DNA of 64,000 nt from the NCBI GenBank assembly GCA_000182565.2, contig KQ257452.1. The stretch is one strand, 5' to 3'. Below, piece after piece: positions 13,559 through 25,048 of this stretch. The DNA is from Spizellomyces punctatus DAOM BR117. Taxonomy: Eukaryota. The notes below the pieces were generated by a model. The model saw only the letters and a list, made by a program, of their open reading frames with translations, did not search any database and was not told the DNA's origin. Every line of letters starts with the position of its first letter. Position 1 is the first letter of the stretch. A program made the position numbers and the translations under genes.

Positions 13559-13874
13559 TATTGAAGTGTTTGCCCAATGCATTGGAGTGTTTCAAAGTGT
13601 TTCAAAGTGTTTCGAGTCTTCCAAGGTGTTTGTCCAAGTCCGGGACTATTGATGAAGGGATGTGCGCATCTACGCCGAAAATTTTCTCTGACATACATGT
13701 AAAGTTTTATGCATCTAATATTTCGCGTGTCCAAACTCCACCTAATTCAAAGTCAACACTGGTTCTAACTTGACATTCACTTCTTCTCAAGACTCCATGG
13801 TTCGTTTCCCTTGGGCGGTTCATTTGGTGATTTTACTTGAGCAAATTCTTGCCACTAGGTTCAAATGCCACACT

Positions 13875-14273
13875 TTATGAAATCACTTTATCTTGGGACT
13901 CCATCTCTCCACCTTCCTTTACTGATGGTACTCGGGAGACCTTCAGTCTCAACACTTTTCGTTGTTTGCGGTAGATTGTGGAAATCTCCATCACTTGGTC
14001 TTCTGTATATCCTGCCTCCATCAGCCCCTGCTTGACGTCATCCACCAAAGCACTTAGCTTCTCCTCTACTAGTGATGCCACATACATATTTGAACCATCT
14101 TCGCCTATGATTGTCCTCACATCCTTCTTAACCATTTTCCTTTCAATTGCCTCCTTTCTACGGCGATTCGTTGTTACGACTGCTTGGTGCATCTCATTGT
14201 CAACTGTGAGTTGGTAGAACCTCTTCATCTCATTTAGCTCTTCTTCACTTGCTCGCCTCATCATTTTCTCCAT
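13875..14273 (-). CDS. Viral hypothetical protein, 132 aa, helical/charged
   Basis: Intronless ATG ORF with upstream TTTATAAAA, inside the viral island. Confidence 0.6.
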   Translation of the reverse strand: MEKMMRRASEEELNEMKRFYQLTVDNEMHQAVVTTNRRRKEAIERKMVKKDVRTIIGEDGSNMYVASLVEEKLSALVDDVKQGLMEAGYTEDQVMEISTIYRKQRKVLRLKVSRVPSVKEGGEMESQDKVIS

Positions 14274-15265
14274 TGTTAATTGCAGCTGTATTCGAATGTT
14301 GTATATGGAATCATTTTTGAAAAGAAGGCTTCGAGCTGGGGAGACCGGTGACCCTCTTTTATAAACGGAAAAGGAACTCTCCCATCTTATCGATATGATG
14401 GCCTTCTTTTATGTCCCATCTGATCCATATGTTTCCTTATGTTTCCTTTGAAGAATAATGATTCTATCGATACTTTCCCTCATATTTCATGTGACCTTTC
14501 TATCAACAGTAACCTTTCGCAAAAAAGGGAAACTAATGGAGATGCTGGAAAAAATCCTAGAACTAGGGCTTTTTCGCAACATGCCCATTTTCGCTCACTG
14601 CTCCACAAAAACAGCTCTAGAATCCTAGCCCTTTTTTTGCCCGGTCTTCTCTACTTTTCAAAAAATTTTCATTTTTTTTTTTCAAAATTGAAATTTGATT
14701 CCATTTGTGAGATTTGACCCGGGAAATGGGCTAGAATGGCTAGGATTCTTGTCTTTCGCTATGTAGGGTATTTTATACTACTAATAAATAAATATATATN
14801 NNNNNNNNNNNNNNNNNNNNNNNNNNNNNNNNNNNNNNNNNNNNNNNNNNNNNNNNNNNNNNNNNNNNNNNNNNNNNNNNNNNNNNNNNNNNNNNNNNNN
14901 NNNNNNNNNNNNNNNNNNNNNNNNNNNNNNNNNNNNNNNNNNNNNNNNNNNNNNNNNNNNNNNNNNNNNNNNNNNNNNNNNNNNNNNNNNNNNNNNNNNN
15001 NNNNNNNNNNNNNNNNNNNNNNNNNNNNNNNNNNNNNNNNNNNNNNNNNNNNNNNNNNNNNNNNNNNNNNNNNNNNNNNNNNNNNNNNNNNNNNNNNNNN
15101 NNNNNNNNNNNNNNNNNNNNNNNNNNNNNNNNNNNNNNNNNNNNNNNNNNNNNNNNNNNNNNNNNNNNNNNNNNNNNNNNNNNNNNNNNNNNNNNNNNNN
15201 NNNNNNNNNNNNNNNNNNNNNNNNNNNNNNNNNNNNNNNNNNNNNNNNNNNNTTCACAAAACAGT

Positions 15266-15667
15266 ATGACGAGTTTCAAGGAATTCTTCAATATCACATT
15301 CAGCGCGCCTACGGATGGCTCTCTTCTTATTCCTACAATGGGCTACAATGCTAACTCGGATGAGGAAAGACGAATCGTAGCAATTGTCTTAGACATCATT
15401 AATTTCATCGTGACAAACCCAGAGAAGAGTCCTTATACGAGGGTTCCTTTTGTTGACAACAAAGAAAAAGTGAGAAAATATGGAGAAGAACTTGACGAAG
15501 TTGGAGAGGAAATCGGTGTTGTTGACATGTTGTTCAGCGTCCATAGTTTTCTGATGGAGTGGATAGCTGAATGCAGTCAGCTAGGGAATCCCGACTGGCA
15601 AGCATATCGAGTAGATTTATGTAGTCTGGAGTACCACTGGGATGGGATTGGAGGATGGCAGGCTTAA
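15266..15667 (+). CDS. Viral hypothetical protein, 133 aa (C-terminal WDGIGGW motif)
   Basis: Intronless ATG ORF with protein-like composition. Confidence 0.65.
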   Translation: MTSFKEFFNITFSAPTDGSLLIPTMGYNANSDEERRIVAIVLDIINFIVTNPEKSPYTRVPFVDNKEKVRKYGEELDEVGEEIGVVDMLFSVHSFLMEWIAECSQLGNPDWQAYRVDLCSLEYHWDGIGGWQA

Positions 15668-15802
15668 GAAAAGTAGAATGGAAGCTGTGGGCATCTGTAT
15701 CGATGATAGCAATGGCCACATGATGTAGAACACGATGTAAAGCGTCATTATTATATAAAGTATCTTAACGTTCACATGTTGGCAGTATTGTATAACTAAA
15801 AA

Positions 15803-16156
15803 ATGTCGTCTGACCAAGAACCTAAACATACAAAGCAGTTCCGATGTGCTTTTTATTCCCAGACTATTTACCGAGCGATAGATGGAATACTCTCTGCGGC
15901 GGATGATGAAGAAGACCATCTCAAGGCTGCACTTGAGGCACTTCAATGGGCGGCTCAACATATTTTCGAATATCCTACACATTTTGAAACTAGTTGGCCT
16001 GGTATGATTCTCTTACTATCTACCACTATAGGAACATATCGTCAAATGCAGCATAAGAGTGAAAAGGAATCATTTGTTGTCGAACAATTAGACTTAATCC
16101 TTCATTGTACTAAGAGTCTATCTAGTTCGATGGATAATGAGGTTGTTGTGTGTTGA
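15803..16156 (+). CDS. Viral hypothetical protein, 117 aa
   Basis: ATG preceded by TATAACTAAAAA; intronless. Confidence 0.55.
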   Translation: MSSDQEPKHTKQFRCAFYSQTIYRAIDGILSAADDEEDHLKAALEALQWAAQHIFEYPTHFETSWPGMILLLSTTIGTYRQMQHKSEKESFVVEQLDLILHCTKSLSSSMDNEVVVC

Positions 16157-16379
16157 ATAGAACTGCGGATGAAACATTAGTTTCCAGACCCGTGCATTGC
16201 TGCACAAAAAGCTGTGTTGGCATCTGTGTTTCAGATGCGTGTGGTTTCTTTTTCGTTTCTTTTTGTGGTCAGTCCAACGAAAGAAGCCATGAAAAGGAAA
16301 GGACTGTATGACCCAATGGGGATACAGTTCTCCATCTGCATCCCCATCTTTTTATAGAGAAAAAAAAGGGAAGCCGCGT

Positions 16380-16694
16380 TCACGCACTTTCCATCCGCAT
16401 TTCTAGAACAAAGAGCCTTTCATTATGATTGTGTCCTAAGAGAACGCAATCCTGCAAGATGGCCAAGTAGCCGGAATTTCGAAAGCAGATTTCATCCAGT
16501 TTCTTCAAGTGGACGATTGACAAAATCTCTTTGAAGATGTGTTCATTCTGGTCTGTTTTCGGAAGAAACAATATGATACGTTTTTTATCTCCTGTCATCA
16601 TACCTCGACAGTACCTCCAGAATTTATCCATGTCACCCTTCACAGCGTCCTTGATGTTCAATACTGAATGACCTTCAATATCCGCGTGTCGCAT
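16380..16694 (-). CDS. Viral hypothetical protein, 104 aa
   Basis: Intronless ATG ORF directly after the fibre gene. Confidence 0.5.
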   Translation of the reverse strand: MRHADIEGHSVLNIKDAVKGDMDKFWRYCRGMMTGDKKRIILFLPKTDQNEHIFKEILSIVHLKKLDEICFRNSGYLAILQDCVLLGHNHNERLFVLEMRMESA

Positions 16695-16746
16695 TCTTAT
16701 CTTGCATAGCTTCTTTTTTAAATGATGGCAAATGAAGTTCCTTTCT

Positions 16747-19700
16747 TTAAGACCCTAATTCCATTACCTCTATAATGGTTACATCTGCGCTTGTGTCCAG
16801 TGCTGCATTTACTGCTGAAAAATTGGTAAAATATGCTACATCAGGAACTAACCCCGACACAATGAATGAGGCATAAATTGTTCTGTTCACTCCAGCATTA
16901 TAGTTAAAATCACTGGAAAAGACTGACGGCATCGAACTGGCATTAGTTCCTAGATACACATTGAGCGTTCCTCCTGCATTATTGGTGCCATGCAAGTTGA
17001 TGGTATAGCGTATCAACGCCCGGCCGGCTGTAGAAACATAGAACGTCTTTGTTCCGCTACCAGTTGTGATTACATCTTTAGTTAGCATTTTGAACACCTG
17101 AACCTTAGGAAACTGTACTTGAGATGACACCCATGCTTGAGTAGCGCAGACCTGTCCGTTGCTATACACAGCACCATTTGAATACAGATTCCCACCTGAT
17201 ACGACATGGGCACCGACCGCAATTCCACCTGCAACAACCAAAGCGCCAGTTGTACTCGATAACGCTGGAGTGGTGCTTTCAACAACGACATTACCTGTGT
17301 TAGGATAAACGTAAATACCTTTTGCTCCCTGAGATTGAAGGCGTACGGCACCAACGTCATTCCTGAGTGTGAGTGTATTAGCGCCTCCATCTACTGTTCG
17401 ATTTGAGCCATTCATAAAAAGAACGGAAGAACCCACGGCCGTCGTTAAATAGTAAATTGGTGCTGCATTCGAACCGAGGTCTACATTCTTGACCTGAATG
17501 CTTCTTAAACCATTTACACTGGTGTTTCCGATGATGACATCTCTATCAAAATAAGCATTTCTGGTTGCTCCATTAAGCGACATACTTCGAATAGATGCGT
17601 TGCTTTGTCCGACATAGAAATTCAGGTCAACATTGTTACTACCAGGCAAATAGGATTGTATAGAACATATATTTTGTGTTGCGTGTGAAAACATGAGGGT
17701 ATTGGTTTGGCCAACACTATAGTTAGTATTTTGGACGGTCATTTGTGCACCAGAAACCCATAGTTTCTTAGCGATTCCTGCTCCACCCTTCACTTGAAGT
17801 GCTCCAGTGATGGCTGATGTGGAATCAGTTATGTCATTTACAACAAGTGTTCCTGTTGATAATGCGGTACTACTGGATATGGTATCCTGCTTTGATGATA
17901 CTGATGTTTGTAGGGTTGCAACGCTTCCTTGCAGTGCTGATATGCTGGGGGCATAGTCGACAATGTTTAAAATGCTTCGTACTTCGATGTCATTTGTGAG
18001 AGTGAATCCTTGGACATCATCTCCCATGAGAAACATATTGCTCATTGGTGACATCGCAGCGAGAGTAGAGAGTAAAGGACTAGCATTTTGCTTCCCTGAG
18101 ATGTCGACATTCATAACTCCTAGAATTGACTTCACCTCTTCAACGGTTTTCGTGGAGAATGATGTAGCAGAACTTCCAACAATAAATGAATTTGCAGATA
18201 TTGCGAGTCCACTGATAGAATCTAGGAGCGGACTCAATGTCTGTTTTGAAGCAATGGCTGTACCTACATAACTCTCGGTTGCTAGTTTTATACCATTTGA
18301 GAAAACATTTCCACCGACATAAAGCGCTTTACTAATTCCAACTCCCCCTTTGACTTGGAATGCGCCAGTTGTTGTGGAAGTACAATCTGTCGTCGTATTG
18401 ATAATAACATTCCCAGATGAGAGAATATCTAATTGAGATGAACTATTTGTAACACCAAATCTCATGTTAGTATTCCATGCCCGCAGGCAGACATCGTTAA
18501 TCTGATCGTTGAAGAAGGCTTGTCCATTCAAAGATGGGGAGAAGAATGTCATGTCACCAGTATTGACATTTCCACCGATGCTACCCCATCCAAAACCATA
18601 GCCAGTCCCTTTTCCACTGGTTACCTTATTACCAACCCACAGAGTCTTCGCAATTCCAACACCCCCAGATACCTGCAAGGCTCCTGATGTCGCAGACGAG
18701 GAGTCTGTAGCAGTCAACACCTTAACTTCATTCGAAATGGATACAATCTGTAGACCTAATCCTAGACCAGATTTTCCTTGGATGTTCATGTCTCCACAGT
18801 CATTCCAAAGTGTAGCGTTGTTCCCGGCTCCATCTGCAGTCCTTGTAGAAGAGTTGAGGAAAAGTAACGCACCATTGCCGCTGTCATTGGCACAACCAAT
18901 GGCTGTGTAGGCATTAACGCCAGACGAAACGTTTCGAGATTGAACCCAGTTTGGAGCATCCACAGAGGAGTTACCAATTACATTTCCTCCAGCATACAAG
19001 TCCTTTGCAACACCTAAACCACCACTTACTAGAAGTGCTCCTGTAGTCAAACTAGTTGACTGTGTGGTATTTGTAATATATGTAATACCAGTATTAGAAA
19101 TCTTTAACACATAACCGACGTTGTTATATGAAGAGTTGATCCCAAACCCACCTGCTGGGTTAGAGCCATCGGCTGAAGAACCTGCTACTCGAAGACCCCA
19201 AGTGATATTCGATGAAGAGTTGACCAGGGACATATATGTTGGATTGGCACCATTAATTACTGTTACATAACCACTAGCCGTAACTGAGGCAAGACTCAAA
19301 TTAGTTGATGTGGTGATGTTGTTCTGTTTACCAGAAAGGAGTGTATTCACGTTAGCATTGGTTGCTATATTGAGGATGCCTTTCACTTGAGTGGAAGTAA
19401 CATTCTCGAACGTAGTCCCAGCAGAAGAATAAAGCCAACTGTCAGGCTGTACCGTCATTGTGTACAGAGAGTTGGTAGCGCTGTTCATTGGTTGCTTCGA
19501 TGCGAGTGCAGTATTAATGGCATTATTGTTATTAGTAACAGTTGTTGATAGTGAAGACAAGGTTTGACTTATTGGAGCGGTGTTATCAATTACAAATTTT
19601 TGAGATGCAACTTCGAGACCTCCGATGTAAGCCATTCCACCGATATATGCATCAGTTGATACTCCTAGGCCGCCACTCACGACCATATTACCTGATGGGT

Positions 19701-22700
19701 CAATTCAGAACACGTATCCTTTATCTTGGTATGACGAGTAAAAGCCTAATGCTCCAGAAAGTAGGTTTCCATTTGAAGTACCGGAAACATGAACGCCCCA
19801 TGTCTGTGCAGTGCTAGTGTTCCCTAGTGTGAATGCTGTAGCATTGGTGTTTGAATTTTGTACCGTTAAACCGCTCAGGTTAAGCGAACTCGCAGGTGTA
19901 ATCAGGGGCTGATATGTGCTGAGGATTTCATCTTTAGGTACGATCCGGAAAAAACCACCATTTCCCATTAAAAAAGTACCATCGGTCGGGGTCAGACTAC
20001 TTATATTGTCGAGCAAAGGAGATAAGTTTTGCTTCGATGCTAATCCTGTTGTTACAAAGGATTCTGTGGCTACCTTCATATTGGTGGAGGCGAAGATATT
20101 ACCACCAATGAATACATCCTTTGCAATACCAACACCACCAGGACTTACTAGGGAACCGGTTGTTGGAGAGGTTGATACGCTTGTGCTATCCAGTGTAATG
20201 ATACCAGTGTTTGCCTGTATTGTTAGTCCTCTAGCAGTCTGTGCTTGAAGCCGAAGACTGCCTGCATCATTCCTTAATGTCATTGTTGATGCTCCTCCAT
20301 CCACTGTTCGCGAGGCACCGTTCAAAAACATCACTCCAGAACCTCCTGAGGCCGTAAGATAAAGAATGCTACAAGCATTGCTTCCTGAAGAAAGGTTGGA
20401 TACAACCAGCGAACGTAGACCGCTCACAGAAGATGATCCGATAGTAAGGTCACCCCCTACAACGCACGAACCATTTGTGTCCACTCTTAGACCTAGAGTA
20501 GGCATGCTAGATGTCCTAGGATATATGAACATTGGTAAATCCTGAGCACCGAGCCATGTTGAAGCACCGGGGTTGTATCCTAAAAAGCCTGTGCCATCGA
20601 GCCTGAACCAGGTGCTTTTTGTTGAATCAAAACTGTTCGAAATAAAGACAGATGATTGTCCTGCTGATGAGGCGGTAGTTTGAACTCTGCTTCCTGTAAT
20701 GACTTTCCCTGATATATTCACTCCAAATACAACATTATTTGAAGTCAAATTAGTTATCTGTGATGTTGTCCATGGCTGTATCACTTCCATGTTAAAGTCT
20801 CTTAACATTCCCAAGTTGATTGCTTGCTGAGGGTATTCATATTTGATGCCTCGATAACATGAAGGCGTATCAAACAAGAGACGAGTACAACCTCCTATTG
20901 GATCAGAAGCAATTGCGACATTGCTCCCGGGTTCAAGTGGTGGCATGAAGGTAACAGGGTCTATTGGTTCGTAAACGGGGTTTCCATTGCCATCGAGTAT
21001 AGGTTGGCCTTCCGCATCTCGTTGAACCTTACGTTTGCGTGACCCTCCGAAAATCATAGCCCATGGAAATGCACTTGTAATAGGAAGAATTGAATTGACA
21101 GCCATGGGAACCGTAAGAGGAGGACTAGCCATGGCTGGAAAGGGTATAGTTGAAAGAGGGGTAATACTGCTTGCCACCACCACATTTCCATCCGGGATAT
21201 CAGTTTTCAAGATTTCAGCCGTGTCAGTTTGCTCTGTATTGTCTGTATCCCTTTGCTTCGATAATGGCGTAGGGTCAATGAGGGTAAAGTTATAAAGCGG
21301 ATACGAACCTGTAATGATGAGATTTGGACTGTTACTTACAAATTGAGGAGGAATCATGTTATACTGAATCGTATTTCCAACAACAATAATACTTCCATAT
21401 GAGTTGGTACTGCCCACATAATTACCTCTTAAGGAATCGCCTACGCAAAGAACGGTATCACTTCCTGTAAGTGAACATGAAATCAAGTCGCCGCTGACTT
21501 GTACACCATTTATACCTCGGAGATTAGTAGATAGAATGGCACCGTTCTTCTGGAGGCCTATCCCGGCTGCTATATTAGAACTTAAAACCCTGTTGTTGAG
21601 GGTTAAATCTGGAGACTGGGCTGTTAACGACAGCCTATAATTGTTGCCCACCCGTGTTACCCCTTGGGAGGCTGTGAATGTATCCCGTATGGTACCCCTG
21701 TTTACCATGGCCAAACCGCTGTTAGCATCAACTTTTAGATCGAGTTGAAGGTCATTCTGTACTCTCTCGATACCATTGCTGCAAGTCAGTACATCTTTAA
21801 TGGTATCTGCTTTGACCATTTGGAGACAACTGCCAGCCTTGCATTTAAGAGATAATACCACATCATTGGTCGTTCCAGGTCGAATAGATACGCCATTAAA
21901 GTCCTGAAAAATGTACCCACCTGTGAGTGCATTTCCAACAATTCTGATGGTCTGATTATCGACCAAACAGCCTATCTCTCGACGTCCAGCAGCCTCCGGA
22001 CTCACGGCGATTGCTCCTGTTTGAGAGCCTTGATAAAATTGTGAAAGATAGTCTTTACTTACAGCATACGAGCCACCTCCAATCGCAGGCAATGTTCCGC
22101 TTAACTTTACATTGGGTACACGCAACTCCTGAAGCGTGGACGAATAGGTGAATGAAGAACTTCCCGAGTAGCCATAAGTAAGGTTCCCATACATGATTTG
22201 TTCATATCCGGGTGATTTCAGGGACAATCTCGATCCCGCTTGACTGAATGTCGAAGAATCGACCATTAAGCGTATTGCTGTGGTGTCTACCTCTCCTAAC
22301 ACATTAGTCATTTCGGTCAGACTACCAAATCCAAAGTCGAGCCATGAAGACCTGATGTCTAACAGCGTATCCGCACTGCTGGATGTCTTTATAGCCCCAA
22401 ATGCTTTGAACAGTTGGCTTGAGTTTGTTTCGAGTTCATCTGAACTATTCACCTTCAAACTCTTGTGAAGTTTGACACCAATTCCATTATCCCGATATAG
22501 AGGTTTCTTCAGTGTTTCTAGAGGCGGCGGTGGTGGAAAGTTCACTGAAAGTCCGTTTTCGTTAATGGATAATGTCTCATCCACTCTAATACCAACCGTC
22601 CATGATTCATCATCATGGTACATTGGGAACTCATAATTTTCGGGAATCACTTTCAGTTTTTCTTCTTCTACAGATAAAGATGAATCATCAAACTGAAGTT

Positions 22701-23049
22701 GGATATCATGACCCTCTTTTGAGTAGACAAGAGGTTGATGCGCAGATATGTCGATTGTGGTCAACTGACTCTCCTCATCAATTTCAAGCCTCTTGTTATC
22801 AACATTTAATCCAATGGATATGACGCCATGTTCATTCATACAAGGTAAGCATTCAGAGGTGGTTTCAACCTCGTTGACTTTAAGTTCACCATTTTCATTA
22901 GATAAATGCTTAAATTCTCCAACATCGAACCCCTTTATCTTGGCTCCAGCATCGAAGCCAACCATTTCGCCTGTCACATATGGAGATAAGAGATTTGTGT
23001 TATCTACGGTATGTAACCCCGTAGAAGTTCTACTATTAATTCCAGACAT
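16747..23049 (-). pseudogene. Viral fibre/spike protein, ~2100 aa, split by a single in-frame TGA (19705-19707)
   Basis: ORFs 19705..23049 and 16747..19686 are in the same frame (GYVF*IDPSGNMVVSGG); beta-spiral-like N-terminal repeats; repeated TSxTTGALxVxGGxGIAKxLYVGG units. Confidence 0.8.
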
Positions 23050-23106
23050 GTTATATTGTAGCTAGGAAGTAAAATTTGAGGAGCTTGGCAAAAGTGCTCG
23101 AGGGTG

Positions 23107-23128
23107 CCCATCTTATCGATAAGATGGG
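23107..23128. promoter_or_regulatory. Perfect 22-bp palindrome CCCATCTTATCGATAAGATGGG
   Basis: Self-reverse-complementary and intergenic; near-copy at 14381-14401; function inferred. Confidence 0.6.
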
Positions 23129-23139
23129 ATGATAAAACC

Positions 23140-24572
23140 TTACGATATCTTCTGTTTCTTCCTCGGTGGAAGTGTGACATCCTCTGCTCCTTTTCTCCTT
23201 CTACTTCGAACTGTAGGTTCCACACGCAGTGTCGATTGTGTTTGTGCAGGAGGGACAACATATTCCGCTTCACGTTGTCCTCGCAATCTTGTGAGTGGAC
23301 GTACTTCACTTCCCAAGTCCGCGGTTAGCGGTACTAACGTTGGAGGATTGACAGCAACATTCGGAGGTGCTGGTGCAAAATTGACTTTTCTCCTATTTTT
23401 GGCTCATATATGTTTTTCAACTTCTTCAGGGGATGTTAATCTAATTTCCTCTACTTCCTCTCGTTCGGGTATAGAAGAATCTATTCTTTGTCTTTTTACC
23501 GTGGTCTGCTTATCATCTGGTTGTTTGTACTGTCTTCTTTTGGTTCCATGAGGAGCAACTCCAGCAAAAATCACATCCGGTGGTGGAGTTACTGGCTCTG
23601 TTTTTTGCTTCTTTTTGTTTAATCGAGGAATCGGCGGGGGTGCATTTGCTTTCCTTTTGGAACCTGCTAATATGGTTGCTTCCTTACCTTTGAAGTGAAA
23701 TGGAGTTCTAGCAGGAACCAGGATAAATTTTTCATTGACGGAGTTCTCTCTAAAACATCCGCTACACCAGACGGATCATGGCGGTCATTCAGGAGTACTG
23801 TATCATGCGGAATTGGTGCGGCACTACGAGGCATTGTTTCCATGGAGGCATCGATTTGAGGAGATTCCACATGAACCTCTGGAGTCAAGCCAGGGAAACT
23901 GCCTGGAATCGGTGGAATATAAGCATCGGCCATTGTCATCGCATCCAATGGAACAGCAGCGCCAGTCCCATGATTGACATGGTCATTTCCAACTGCATCT
24001 CGTCTAATTTCTGTCTCCCTTGTTAGAATTACAGGTTCTAGGGGAGTAGAATTTACATTACGTGGCTGTGCTGGAATCTCATTTCCATTAGGTGGTGCTT
24101 CAAACATTAAGCCCGTTTGGGAAGTCACTGATGCGGGATAGGAAAACACATGCCCCGATTCATCAGGAATCGGTAATCCTGAAAGGGAATTTTGCGTTCC
24201 AACAGTTAGAGCGTTCCCTCGACGACTTGGTGTAATAGAATCAAGATACTTCTGTTTCTTCCTGTAATCTTCCTCTGCTTTAACATATTCAAGACCGTCC
24301 CTGTAAGCCTTGGTAGTTCGTTGGGCAGCCGATAATTTCAGAACATCAGAAGATGAGAGCCTCGGTTCATATTTCGGTGCTGCATAGTTCGTCTTTGTTG
24401 CTAGGTCTTTCTCATGGACATTGCGGTTCCACGAATAGACAACTTGTGGTCGTCCGAGGATATCAATCTTTGAATAGTCTAGTGCGACACCCACTTGACG
24501 TTTTTGCAGATTTGGAATCGGTGGCGAAATAGCATATGTATCACTCAAGTAATTGGCTCGGTAATATGCCAT
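23140..24572 (-). pseudogene. Viral Pro-rich/basic protein (~475 aa), frameshift near 23745 and TGA at 23404-23406
   Basis: The 301-aa ORF continues in another frame as NEKFILVPARTPF..AGSKRKAN..KHI*AKNRRK..PPRKKQKIS*. Confidence 0.6.
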
Positions 24573-24637
24573 ACTAGGTTTTTTCCTTTGCTATGTAGAG
24601 CTGAAAAAATAATATCTCTTCTGTTCTATAAATCAAG

Positions 24638-24934
24638 ATGCCTAATTGGTTTTCTAAAGCGAAAGCAAAGGCAAATGTTCTGTGGAATAACGCACCGTCA
24701 TATGTTGCCAAAGCAAGGAACTTTGCTAATCAAGCAGTCCGGCACGCCACCACATTGAATAAACACGTGCAGCACGTAAATCGCCAAGTACAAGAGTCAC
24801 CACTTTTCTCAGCAGGAGTCCGAGAGAAAAGTCAAAAGATTTCTAGTCATGGAGACACTGGGCTGAGGAAACTTACAGAACTTCACAAGAACGCTGACGA
24901 CTTTGTTGAAAGAGTGACTGGGAAAATTGAATGA
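24638..24934 (+). CDS. Small basic viral protein with N-terminal amphipathic helix, 98 aa
   Basis: MPNWFSKAKAKANVLWNNAPSYVAKARNFANQA; ATG preceded by TCTATAAATCAAG. Confidence 0.7.
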   Translation: MPNWFSKAKAKANVLWNNAPSYVAKARNFANQAVRHATTLNKHVQHVNRQVQESPLFSAGVREKSQKISSHGDTGLRKLTELHKNADDFVERVTGKIE

Positions 24935-25048
24935 ACATATTTGTTTAGGCTGGTTGTTCAAGAAGCAGTAAGAAGCTAGAGCTTTATGTAGACGACAAGC
25001 TGGGAATTAAAACATCTCAAAAAGATGGGAAAAAATGCCAAGGCAGCC

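Noticed and set aside
13449-13734. N-terminal part of ORF 12709..13734 as Fanzor coding sequence
   Set aside because: It is a translation of the hairpin and tandem repeats (ISYYKPG units); Fanzor-like sequence starts near RRGMQF
14684-14691. AAAATTGA mimivirus early promoter motif
   Set aside because: Single intergenic instance in A/T-rich DNA with no adjacent credible ORF
14736-15297. ORFs spanning the N run
   Set aside because: Artefacts of the assembly gap at 14800-15252
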